Shown here: piece after piece, positions 46,027 to 59,400 of the stretch
Layout: each line of letters begins with the position of its first letter
Numbering within the stretch: the first letter of the stretch is position 1
The notes under the pieces: generated by a model
The model's database searches: none
Seen by the model: only the letters and a program-made list of their open reading frames with translations
What the model was told of the DNA's origin: nothing
Translations under genes and position numbers: made by a program
Source: Balamuthia mandrillaris
Taxonomy: Eukaryota
Reading direction: 5' to 3'
NCBI GenBank assembly: GCA_031835245.2
Contig: JAVKOQ020000102.1
Coordinates: 62,001-126,000, forward strand
DNA length: 64,000 nt

Positions 46027-47918
46027 ATGCGGCAGGAAGAGAGACGACTGGCTCGCAAGCTCGCTCCCATCGCTGTGATTGTGTTCCAAGTGGTACTATT
46101 ATACCCTTTTTTTTTTGTTTGTATCGATTGGTTACATATTTTAACTTTTTGTTTCTTTTTTTTTGTGAACGCTTTTCTTGTTGAAAAAAAAAAAGTTGGG
46201 AGCAGCACTTTGGGCCTATGTGGAAACCACAGGAGCCATTTTGATGGGAACCTTCACCACGCTCTTTACCATCTTGTTCGCTGCGAGTACTTGGCTTAAA
46301 CATCCTTTCAACCTCATCTCCTTCATCTGTGTACGTGTTATCTTCTCCTTCTTGTTTTTGGTCTTGTAGTCGTATCTTTCTTTCTTTCTTGTCGTTTCTT
46401 TCTTTCTCTCTTCCTTCCTTCCTTCCTTCTTTCTTTCTTTCTACCTTCTTGGGTGAGAGTCTCTAATTCTTAATGTGTTTTTATTTCGGAGGTGTCCAAT
46501 AGTGCTTTTTCTACTATGTATTCTACCTGCTCACGGGCAGCATTTGGATCCTCTTGTGGTTCTCCTCCTACCGGCAACGCTGTGAGGACTGGATGGAGCT
46601 CAGCGAGCGCGTTTCCCCCGAACTGACCGAGTTCAAAGACTGCGACGTTCCCGTACTGAAATATATCGCGTTGATGGTCGGGTTGTTGGTCTTTGTGGGA
46701 GTGCAGGCTGGCGCAATAGCTTTGTTGGTCATGTTGATCAGGAAAGAGACAGGAAACATTCCTGATTTTCAGAGTATGTTTTTGCTTCTCTCTTCTTTTA
46801 TTTCATTCTTTCTCTGTTGTTGTTGTTATTGCTCTTTCATTCGTTTCACATCACTTACATTTTTTGCTTTCTTCTTCTTCTTTTTCGTGTACTTTTTCTT
46901 CAATCTTTTTGTATCTCACACCGTGCTCGTGCTTCCGTCTTGAAAAGCTGTAAAAGAGATTGACAACGATATCTCTTCCTCACCAACACAGACAACATCA
47001 CCTGCACCATCTCACCTCATCATTCAACACCTCTCCAATCCGAAAACACTGTTTGGGGTGTCCACATTCGTGGGGGGGTTGTTCGGGGTGGTGGTGTTCA
47101 TCACGGTCCTGGTGTTGGTCATTCATCCAGGGAATGAGGACATGACCAAGGATGGGGTGTGTCCTGCCAATCATGGCTACTTTCTTGACTCTCCTGAAGA
47201 GAACGACTTGGTACCGTGCTTGCTTTCTCCCTTTCCTTCTTCTTCTTTCGTTCATGAATGCTGTTTTTAGGATTGTTGTGCATGGCACAGTGAAGCGTAA
47301 CCTTCTCTCCATTTCTCTTTGTTTTGTCTCTTTATTCTCATTCTTGTCTTTCTGATCATGACAGAACTTGTTGTCGAAGAAAGGTTTGTAGAGATGGCTA
47401 CAAGCCCGATGCAACAGGCGGTTATCCCGACAAATGCCATGAGCTGTTGGGACTTTTGAACTGTGCTCCATGCAAGTACAATGCGGAGCTGTTCTTCAGC
47501 AACTACACCTCACAAGGCAATCCTTGGGAGGAAGGAGTGATTGCCGTTTGTCCGTCCTTCTGCTCAGAGCTGTTTCATGCTTGTTATCTGGACCCTCTCC
47601 GTGAGTTCCCTCATCTCTCCTCCTTTTGTTTGTCCCTCCGGTCTCTCATCTTCCAACTCTTTTCGTGCAGGGGACGGAGAACAAGACCCCATGGGTTGGG
47701 ACTGCGCGTTCGGTCCTTCCACAAAGTGCGCCATGGGGGACAGCAGCGAGACAGGGCAGTACGAGAACACGGTGGATGGACAAACGCAGTTCTGCCAGGA
47801 TTGGGGGTTGGTGGTGAGGGAGAAGGATTGTTATTCCTCTGCCATGAGACCCCTTCCCCTCTTCTTCTCCTCCTCTGCAGTGCTTGCTCTGTTGTTGTTC
47901 GCTCTTGTTGTTCTATGA
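46027..47918 (+). CDS. 5-TM membrane protein with a folate-receptor-like Cys-rich ectodomain and GPI-like tail, paralog 1
   Basis: Five hydrophobic segments, then DCC...TCC...C.ELLGLLNCAPC...VCPSFCSELFHAC...FCQ..CYSSA plus a hydrophobic C-terminus. Splice phases agree between the two paralogs. Confidence 0.7.
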
Positions 47919-48166
47919 ATGATGCAAACAAACAGGATAATGCATGGAAGAAGTGCTTTCCTGTGTGTGTAGACAGATGCCTCATTGGTTGTCCTGTTCT
48001 TGTTGCCCACGTGTTCAGGCGAATTGTACAATTCATTGAATGTAGTAAAAAGGCTAAACGGACATTTGCTAATATTGACCGGTAAAGAAAAACGAAAAAC
48101 TTGCATGTTCCTTGCGAAACAAAAACTTTTCGCCTCACCACCACCACCACAACAAACACAGAAACC

Positions 48167-50144
48167 ATGTCCCCTCGCGTCGATGTCTCCAAAGCGAAAC
48201 GGTGCGCAAGCAAGATCTTGCCTGGCGTTTTGGTCTTTTATCAATTGGTAATGTTTTTTTTTTGTTTGTTTGTTTGTCGGTTCCATCTTTTATCTTTCTG
48301 CTTTGAAGGTCTTCTTTGTTTTCTTAGTTTTATGTTTCCATACAAACACATGACGGAATACAGTCGGGAGTGGTGGTTTGGTTCTCGCTTGACACCTTAG
48401 GAACCGCTTTGTTGGGAGCCTTCACCGCGGTCTTTTCCGTCTTGTTCGCCGTGAGCGCTTGGCTTAGACCTCCTTTATGCCTCAGCTGCCTCGTCTCTGT
48501 ACGTTTCACTCTTTATTTCCACGTCTGTCTTTCTTTCCTGTTGTTCCTTTCTCAATGAGGTGTCCTATAGTGCTTCTTCTACTATGTATTCTACCTGTTC
48601 ACGGGGAGCATTTGGATCCTCTTGTGGTTCTCCTCCTACCAGCAACGCTGTGCGGACTGGATGGAGCTCAGCGAGCGCGTCTCCCCTCAACTGACCGAGT
48701 TCAAAGACTGCGACAGCTACGAACTGTACAAGTGGCTTTTGACGGTCGGCTTGCTGGCCTTTTTGATAGTGCAAGCCTCCACGGTCACGTTGTTGGCCCT
48801 GTTGATCAGGAAAGAGATAGGAAACATTCCTGATTACCAGAGTATGTACATTTCTTGCTTCTCTCTTTCTTCTTTTGTTATTCTTGTTCTTCTTGTTCTT
48901 CGTTTTTTTTTTCTCCTTGATTGCCTTGCTTCTTGTTCTTCTGTTTCATCTTGACCTGTTGCTTTGTCTCTTCTTCTTCTTCCTTTGTTTCTTCTAGTCC
49001 TGCTTCTTCTTCTATCCTTCTCTTCTCCGTTCATCTTTGCTTTCTTCGCTCTTCTTTATTTACGTGCTTTGGCTTCATCTTCTCTGTAACCCACTGCATT
49101 AAGAACCAGTGCAAAGGAGACTGACGCTAACATTGTTAATGTTTATTGCAGCTGTGCTGGCCAATGACATGGATGATTCTTCCTCACCCACAAAGACATC
49201 AAAGACGACATCACCTACGTCATCTCATCCCATCATCCAACACCTCTCCAACCCGAAAACACTGTTTGGAGTGTCCACATTCGTGGGGGCCTTGTTCGGG
49301 GTGGTGGTGTTCATCACGGTTCTGGTGTTGGTCATTCATCCAGGGAATGAGGACATGACAAAGGATGGAATGTGTCCTGCCAATCATGGCTACTTTCTTG
49401 ACTCTCCTGAAGAGAACGACTTGGTACCTTGCTCGCTTTCTCTCTTTCCTTCTCCTCTTCTTTCGTTCGTTCATCACTCATGAATGCTGCTTTCAGGATT
49501 GTTGCGCATGGCACAGTGAAGCGTACGCGTTCCTTTGTCTTGTCTCCTATCTTTATTCTCACGTCTTGCTTGTTTCTTACGCCAATCATGGCAGAACTTG
49601 TTGTCGAAGAAAGGTTTGCAGCGGTGGCTACAAGCCCGATGCAACAGACGATTACTCCGGCAAATGCCATGAGCTGTTGGGACTTTTGAACTGTGCCCCA
49701 TGCAAGTACAATGCGGGGCTGTTCTTCAGCAACTACACCTCACAAGGCAATCCTTGGGAGGAAGGAGTGATTGCCGTTTGTCCATCCTTCTGCTCAGAGC
49801 TGTTTCATGCTTGTTATTTGGATCCTCTCCGTGTGTTCCCTCATCTCTTCTCCTTTTTTATTTATCCCTCCTGTCTCTCATCTTTAAACTCTTTTCATGC
49901 AGAGGACGGAGAACAAGACCCCATGGGTTGGGACTGCGCCTTCGGTCCTTCCACAAAGTGCGCCATGGGGGACAGCAGCGAGACAGGGCAATACGAGAAC
50001 ACGGTGGATGGACAGATGCAATTCTGCCAGGATTGGGGGTTGGTGGTGAGAGAGAAGGATTGTTATTCCTCCGCCATGAGACCCCTTCCCCTCCTCTTCT
50101 CCTCTGTGCTTGCTCTGTTGTTGTTGGCTCTTGTTGTTCTGTGA
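48167..50144 (+). CDS. 5-TM membrane protein with a folate-receptor-like ectodomain, tandem paralog 2
   Basis: Same exon structure as 46027-47918. The 3' half is nearly identical at nucleotide level; the first two exons are diverged. Confidence 0.7.
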
Positions 50145-50222
50145 TAATGCGAGCAAGCGGTTTTGGCTGCTCTGTTTCTTTCTTATTTTCCACACTTCGC
50201 TGTGTAAACAAACGTTCTCCAT

Positions 50223-52182
50223 TCAATGCCGATACGTTACAGAAGAACGCACAAATAAATGGTGCTTCCCAAAGAATCTTATCCCGTCGTAAGATAACAC
50301 CGGATTGTTCTCTGCTGTATAGACGTGCCTTCCCCCGAAGAGTTGTGGGCGAGGTTCTCCACAAGAAGAAAGAGGGCCGACCAATTGCCCAGTTATGGTC
50401 ACTCTGCATTCATCCACCAACTTTTGGTGGATCATCGAGGAGAAGACTTTGCTGCCTGCTGTCACGTCTAAGTACTTTACTCCTTCTTCTCTTAAGTACT
50501 TCACAACTTCCTTCAAATCCAACAAAGAAGAAGAAGCAGAAGGAGAAGAAGATGAAGAAGAAGTTAAAGAATATGAAGATGAAGAAGGAGACGAGGATGA
50601 GGATGAAGACGAAGATGAAGAGAGTACATGAACGTGAGTGTTGTGTTGCTCTTCCAAGATAGCTAATGAGAGTCCAGAGGAAGACTCACTAAGAGAACGT
50701 TCGATGCGATGCTTGCCAGTTGGGGTTGTGAGAATGAGGGTCTTCAGGTCAGAGCGTTGAAACATCGGACGATCCTTATCTGCGATGGGAATGTCTCCGC
50801 TGGCAGTGAGGATGACTTGAATGGGAAAAGAGTGTTGCTTGTGGAGGTGGTTGGCCCGATATTCAAGGAACTCTGGTTGAGTGGGGATCCATAGCAAGTC
50901 TTTTGGTTCTTGGCGCAGAATCTCTCCTGAACCTAAAACCTTTTTTTTAATGAAGATGCAGAGAAGAAGTAAGAGAGAAGATAAGACGCGCTTGCAGAAA
51001 AAGAACAGAAACAAGAAGAGGAGGAGGAGGAGGAGAAGGAAGAAGAAGAACAAGAATAACAAGAAGAAGAAGAACAAGAAGAAGAAGAACAAGAATAACA
51101 AGAACAAGAAGAACAAGAACAAGAACAATAAGAACAAGAACAAAAACAAGAAGAAGAAGAAGAAGAACAAGAAGAAGAAGAAGAAGAAGAAGAAGAAGAA
51201 GAAGAAGAAGAAGAAGAAGAAGAAGAAGAAGAAGAACAGAAGAACAAGAACAAGAAGAAGAAGAAGAAGAAGAACAAGAAGAACAAGAACAAGAAGAAGA
51301 AGAAGAAGAAGAACAAGGAGAAGAAGAAGAAGAACAAGAACAAGAACAAAAACAAAAGCAGTACAGCATCAGCAAACATCCAGCCAGCACAAAGCAGCCG
51401 CCAGTCCGCACCGCTGCCAGAGGCAGGGACATGGCACATGGCTATCTCTTTCGTTGAGTTTGGGTTCTCACCAAACGTTGTTACGCCATCCACAGATGAT
51501 ACCTTTGTTGTTTCAGAAGAGAGAAGAAAGAAGAAAGAAGAAAGAAGAAGAACAAGAAGAACAAGAAGAAAGAAGAAAGAAGAAAGAAGAAAGAAGACAG
51601 AAGAAGAACAAGAAGAACAAGAAGAACAAGAAGAAAGAAGAAAGAAGAAAGAAGAAAGAAGAAAGAAGAAAGAAGAAAGAAGAAAGAAGAAAGAAGACAG
51701 AAGAAGAACAAGAAGAAAGAAGAAAGAAGAAAGAAGAAAGAAGAAAGAAGAAATAAGAAATAAGAAAGAAGAAAGAAGAAAGAAGAAAGAAGAAAGAAGA
51801 AAGAAGAAAGAAGAAAGAAGAAAGAAGAAAGAAGAAAGAAGAAAGAGAAAGTACAAGAAGAGAGAAGAGAGAAGAGAAGAAAGAAGAAAGAAGAAAGAAG
51901 AAAGAAGAAAAACAAGAAGAACAAGAACAAGAAGAAGAGGAGGAGAAGGAGCGAGGAAGAAGCAGAAAAAAAAAAGAAAATATGAGAAACAAAGCAAGCA
52001 AGAACTACAGAAAGAAAGTGTTTTTTTAAAAAAATTCAAACCGCCATGGACCAAGTGTAAGGACGATCCGAAGGAACGCTCTCATCCTCCCTCTCAGGGG
52101 GTAATGCATAAAACTCCAACACCTCGCCCAGCGGCACCTCCTCCTTGGAAAACTCGGCAAAGCGTGGCCGCACCTCCAACAT
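50223..52182 (-). CDS. RibD C-terminal (pyrimidine reductase / DHFR-fold) domain protein, 3 exons
   Basis: RPYTWSMA|VSSVDG, D..LL......ADAVL|GSGEILR, QVILTASG, LDLKEVVKYLREEGVKYLDVTAG, LVDECRVT. Start codon is tentative. Confidence 0.75.
51030..51960. repeat. Very long (GAA/CAA/GAAA)n microsatellite tracts in two RibD_C introns
   Basis: Direct reading; the tracts flank a ~145-bp exon at ~51358-51503. Confidence 0.95.
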
Positions 52183-52358
52183 GCCCTCTTCCTGTTCTTC
52201 TCCCCCCAGACCTACGTCAGCACCAAGCCTGGGAAGAACGAAGAGTACACATTACACGAATGAAGGAGATTGCCCTTCCCTGCCCTTCTCTCTCTCTCTC
52301 TCTCTCTTGTGGCAATGACGAGGAAGCTATCACAACACAAAACAAAAGAATGGTTAGC

Positions 52359-52417
<59 letters not shown>

Positions 52418-52501
52418 GGGCTTCTCTCGCTCTCTCTTCTCTCGTGGTGTCGTTCGGTTCTTCTCGTGCTGTATTCTTTCAAAAAAAAAAAAAGGGTTGG
52501 G

Positions 52502-53948
<1,447 letters not shown>

Positions 53949-54214
53949 CTCTGTCTCTCTCTTTTTTTTTGTTGCTTTGTCGACAGCTTTTCTTGGAAAA
54001 CAAAATGGATGGAAGTAAGAGTCGAACTGGGGCGTTCGGGAGGCAACAAATTTTTCTCAGGCGTCGACATATAAAATTGTCGACAAATTATTTTTGTCGG
54101 CAAAAACCACTTTGGACTCTGGTTCGAATCCAGGTTGTCGTATATTCTTTTTGATCACTTTTTAATCCTTCTTTCCTCTCCTTTCCTTTCCTTCTTTTTG
54201 TTATTGTTTTTTCC

Positions 54215-55414
54215 TTAGCTTTCGGTTCTTTCAAACGTAGAGTACAGTCCCAAATGGTCAGATGGGCGAAGCTTCTGCCCCGCCAGCGATGATATCTCCT
54301 CCGTGCCGATCATCTCTATGCCGACCGGCCGCCACAATGCCGATCGCACCAACACTCGGTCGATGCGGTCAAACTCGGGCATGGTGTGGCCTTCCTCTTC
54401 TGGCCGCAGCTCGGGCCACACGTCCACAAAAGATGGGCTTAGGCTTAAGTTGTCCTCGTTCTCCGGAGTGTGGGCGCCAAAGTTGAAGTCACCCATGAAC
54501 CATGACCCCTCTGCGGAGGCATCGACCGCCTCCAAGGAAGGAAAGATGATGCCCAGTTGTTGCTTGCGAACGTCGCGGCTGGCCATACTTTCCAGGTGAA
54601 CCGTCGCCACTCGAATGAGCTTTTGGGAAGCGGAGGGCAAGGGTGCTGCAAGGTCAGCGAACAGGGCTCGACGGCCCATTGCGGTGGGTAAGGACTGCAG
54701 CCATAGCTCTTGCATCGGCCATTTGGAGAGCATCAAGACGCCATAGGGCACGACCTGTGTGGTTTGGCATTCGTTCAACAACAGTAACACACGACGAGAA
54801 TAACAATCAACTACATGCACAAAACACTGAGGACAGAGCGGAAGATAAGGACGTACAGTAACCCCGGTACTGTCGGAGACAAAGTAATGCTCTCTGACCC
54901 ACGTTTGCTTCAGTAGAAGCTCCAAGAATCGAGGAGTTACCTCCTGCAGGCACACAACGTGTGGGTCCCTGCTTTGAACCTCACGGAACAAGGCAAGGGC
55001 ACGTTCCTGCCAAGCCTGCTCTGCGAACCACACGTTGTAGGTCACAAACCGCAACGTTGCATCGCCTTTCATCGCCACATGATCCTTATCGCATGAAGCG
55101 GATACGTCTTTCCACTCCCTGTCAGCCTCGCTCCACCTGTTTGGTTGCGTAAAGCGTTTATTTTTTTCAGTGGAAAGGCAGAGCGACGTCCACACTGAAG
55201 CAAAGGCGAAAACATACCGACGAGGGCGCAGCCGGCTGATGCCCTGCTCCTGGTCGCGTAGGAACTGAGGAAGGCAGTCCTCTCCCACTTGCTCCTTTGT
55301 CACCTCGCCGTTCTCCGCCCGCCTCTCCAGGAAGCGCCTCCCGTCCCTCGTCACAACCACTGTCTCCGTCCTTCTCAGCCGGTGTTTATCAAAGCCCGTG
55401 ATTCCTGCAAGCAT
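54215..55414 (-). CDS. TDP2-like endonuclease/exonuclease/phosphatase with an N-terminal WH2/beta-thymosin-like leader
   Basis: FVTYNVWF, CLQEV, PYGVLMLSK, TAMGR, TVHLES, MGDFN, RIDRV, PSDHLGL. Two short in-frame introns are likely. Confidence 0.85.
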   Translation of the reverse strand: MLAGITGFDKHRLRRTETVVVTRDGRRFLERRAENGEVTKEQVGEDCLPQFLRDQEQGISRLRPRRYVFAFASVWTSLCLSTEKNKRFTQPNRWSEADREWKDVSASCDKDHVAMKGDATLRFVTYNVWFAEQAWQERALALFREVQSRDPHVVCLQEVTPRFLELLLKQTWVREHYFVSDSTGVTVRPYLPLCPQCFVHVVDCYSRRVLLLLNECQTTQVVPYGVLMLSKWPMQELWLQSLPTAMGRRALFADLAAPLPSASQKLIRVATVHLESMASRDVRKQQLGIIFPSLEAVDASAEGSWFMGDFNFGAHTPENEDNLSLSPSFVDVWPELRPEEEGHTMPEFDRIDRVLVRSALWRPVGIEMIGTEEISSLAGQKLRPSDHLGLYSTFERTES

Positions 55415-55706
55415 GGTTCGAATTGTCTGGCTGACAAAAAAAAAACAATCGTTTTGGATGAAAAGCTATGTGTGTGCGTGTGTGTGTGTGATGTGTTAGG
55501 ACAAGGACAGGCTGGCGGGCATTTGGCCTTTTTCTAGTTTTCACCAAAGAGGCACCATCATTGCCGCTTCCTTTTCGCCCTTTTAAAGATTAAGAGAAGC
55601 TGTAATGCCTTTCACGACGACCCGAAAAAATTATTGTCATAACTAAAATTCTTGTGTGACGTCATTTATCTGTCGCTTTTCCATTGTGGGTTCAGGGGAA
55701 AAAAAG

Positions 55707-55740
55707 TGGCGGGAAGTCGTGTCGACACTATTTCCCGCCA
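55707..55740. promoter_or_regulatory. Symmetric element: inverted E2F-like sites around a GTGTCGACAC palindrome
   Basis: TGGCGGGAA-gtc-GTGTCGACAC-tat-TTCCCGCCA in the divergent EEP/CHD promoter; TGACGTCA nearby at 55657. Confidence 0.55.
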
Positions 55741-56240
55741 ATGGAAGACCAGCAAAACTGCTTGACAAAAAAAAATAGAGAGAAGAAGAAAAGGAGAAGG
55801 AAAGACAAGGTTGAAAAAAAAAACTGGACCCTTTGGGGAGTGGCCAAGATTCAAACACTCCTTTTTTTTCCTGCCCTCCCATTTTCCAAAAAAAAAAAAG
55901 ATTTACCTGCAACCAAAAAAAAATTTTTTTTGGTGGAGAGATTATTTTTTTTCCAGCATTAAAAAAAAAAGGGGGGGAAGTAGAAGCGGCTCTCTTCCTC
56001 TTTTACCCTTCCTGTCTGTGGTGAAAAAATAATCTTTTATTTATTATTATTTTTTCTTTTTTTGTTGGAAACAAAAGATTCTCCCTTTCACTCCCAAAGA
56101 GTCGCCTTCAGCGTGCCAGCGTACTTGCCGATTAGTTAGGTAGCAGACAGTTCTCTAATCTTTAAAAAAAAATAGCCAATCAATCTTCATCTATTTCTGA
56201 TCTTTCTCATCCACACTGCACAGAACGTGGATCGTTGGAG

Positions 56241-56397
56241 ATGAGCAGTGACAACTATGCGGGAAATTCCTCCGCGCACGCGCCTGCGGCCACGGGCACT
56301 GCCCACACGAACCCATCCTCGCGTGTTGCCTTTCAACCCTCCCCCACAGCCCCAACCAGGTTTGGTTTCTGCTCCCCCTCTTTCCCTTTCTTGTTAT

Positions 56398-56440
<43 letters not shown>

Positions 56441-59400
56441 TTCTCTGCTTCTCTGCGTCTCGCGTCTTCTCTTCTTTTCTCTACCTTCTTCTCACTTTTT
56501 TCTTTGCAACAGCGCGTCTGCGCCAGCTATGAACGTTATGGTGACTCCATTAGGGGAAGGAAGGGAGGGACGCCCCCCTCCGCCGTATCCCTCCTCATCT
56601 CCCTCTCATCCACCATCACAACAGCAACGCATAACTTCTTCGGTACCACTGCCACACATTCAACACCAGCCATCTGCTCCATCACCTCCTTCGTCTTCTT
56701 CCCCAACAGGAGTGAATCTTCTCCAACAACACTACCAACATCTTCAACACCAACGTAATCGTCACGTCCAGGCCTTTGTCTCCACACATCACCAACAACC
56801 CCAACACCATCCCCATCCGCAACAACCTCAATACCACGCTCCTCCTCCAACTAGCGGTAGTGGCGGTACTCCGAGTGGTGGCGGCCCTACAAATGCATCC
56901 CCAACACGGTCATCAATGCCTCCTCACCCCTATCCAACTCAACAGCAACCTCCTGTTTCTCAACATCACCCTCACTCTCACGCTCATCCTCCTGCTCCTC
57001 ACTCTCATCCCGGCTATGCCCAACCTCTATCTTCATCGCCACAAACTTACACAAACACCATTCCTCTGTCTTCTGGCGCACCAACTACTTCCTCTTCTCA
57101 TCATCATCATTACCCTACTTCTGCTGCTCCAGGAGCTCCACCTTATTCTTTTGTTGTGGCCTCTTCGCCTTCTTCCTCCTCCCCTGCTTCCTCTTCCGCT
57201 TCTGGATCCTCTTTTATGAGCAGTTATCAGATGAGGCCACCCACCTCCCCGTCATCATCGAGGATGATGATGGGCTCCGCGTCTTCGCCTGTTCCCCTAA
57301 CATCTCCTGTAACGATGCCCAGAGCACCAGCAACGGGAGCAAGTAGCGCGGGCAGAGGAAGAGTGCCAAACTTTGCCAGTCCATCTTCTTTCTCTTCTTT
57401 TCGTTACACACCATCCAACGCCAACTCGCCACAAAGTGTCCCTCCCTCTCTCAACTCGCAGTATTCCTCGCCTGCACCGCAGAGATATGCCACTTCATTT
57501 ACTTCTTCTCCTGCTCCTATTTCTCCTTACGGCACAATGATGACGACGCCAACAGCCCAAGATGGTAGACGAGGCAGGGAGAGAACAACAGCGAAGGCAT
57601 CGGAGGATGATGAGTTTATTCCAAATTCCTCTGCCAAGAGCTTTGTACCGAGGCAGAGAGAAAGAAGACAAAGAAAGCCTACCCAAAGACTTGCGGACTA
57701 TGAAGAAATGAATTCAGAGGAAGAGGAAGAGGAAGATATGGAGGAAGAAGAGGACGAAGAGCTTCAGCTGGAGGATGACAGCGAGGATGACGACTACGGT
57801 AGCAGTCGTCGCAGTAGCAGTCGACAGCCGAGAGGAAGGAGACAATCCTCTGCTGCTACTTCTGCTTCGGCTACTTCGGCTGCTACCGAACCACTATCTG
57901 AAGAGCAACAGCAACAGCTGCTACTCCAACAACGTTATTATCTTCAGCAGCAACAGCACCAACTATCATCACCGCCACTGCAAAGAAGACAACAACAGCC
58001 AACGGAAGAACAAAGGTTGAAGAAATGCAAGACTGTGATCAATAAGTTGAAGCGTCATAAGGATGCTTGGCCCTTCAACCAACCTGTAGATCCGGAGGAG
58101 CTTGGCATTCCGGACTACTTTGAGATCATCAAGAACCCCATGGACCTCGGCACCATCCACGACAAGCTTCAGAGCGGAGACTACGAGACTGTGGATCAGT
58201 TTGTGGCGGATGTGGAGTTAGTTTGGAGCAATTGCCTTGCGTATAATCCTCCAGAGGATCCCATTTGCAAATGGGCAAATACTCTATCGAAAGAGTTTCA
58301 AAAGTTGATGCAACAACACACACTTAAAGTTGGAGCTGGACGAGGAGATGGTGATGATGAGGACTATCGCGGTGGTGCAGGTGGAGGAAGAGGAAGAGGT
58401 CGGCCTCCTGGTCGTCACTCTTCTGCCGCCTCTTCTGAACTGGGCTCAGTGACCGAAGTGGGCATGGATGGAACGTCGTCGAGACAAACACGAAGAAGAG
58501 CCAGCGCGCGGTTAAGCAACAAAGACAAGCGGTATTACGAATCGGACGAGGAGTTTAGCTTTGAGGAAGAGGAAGACGAAAATGAAGAATCACAAGCAGC
58601 GGTGGAGGCTGCTGAAGAAGAAAAACCGAAAGGTCCTGTTGTGGAAAAGATAATGGCTCATCGTGTAGCTCTTACGCTGGAAGAAAAGAAGAGACTTAAA
58701 GAGGAAAAACGAGCAAAGAAGCGAGAATTGAAGGAAGAGAGAAAGAGGGAAAAGCAAAAGAAGGAACAAATGGACGTGGAGAGTAGCGACAAAACAAAAG
58801 AGGAAGAAGCAGAGAAGGCTGACAAAGGTAAAGATAAAGAGAAGGACGCCAACACAGCAAAGAGGCAACTTCGCAGTTCAAGCAAAGAAGTCGAGAAAGC
58901 CAAGAGCGCTAAAAGCGTTGAAGCTGCTGCGGAAGTCAAAGGCGCCAAGCGAGCACTTGGAAAGGAAGGTTCTCAGGAGGAATCTTCTTACGAGTACTTT
59001 ATCAAATGGAAGGAAATGAGCTACATTCATTGCGAGTGGGTCTCTGCTGCTACTATCGAGGCTGAAGGACCTGGTGGCAGAGCCAAGATCAATCGTTACT
59101 GGAAGAAACGCAACAAGCGACAAATGATGTCAGGGAAAGAGTTTGCGATGGAAGAGGCAGAGGAAGGGGAGTATTTTCCTCCAGAATTTTGCGAGGTGGA
59201 GCGTATCATTGCCACTGATACGGTTATTCTCAGCACCATCGATGATGATAATGCAGAAGATGACGACAGTTCCTCAACGAGCGAAAATGAGAGCGAGCAA
59301 GAAGAGAGCACTACACAAAAGACCAAAAGCGAGCAGAACATCGAAAAAGAAGCCACGAAAAAAGAGAGTCTGCAAGAGGAGAAAATGAAAGAGGAAAAAG

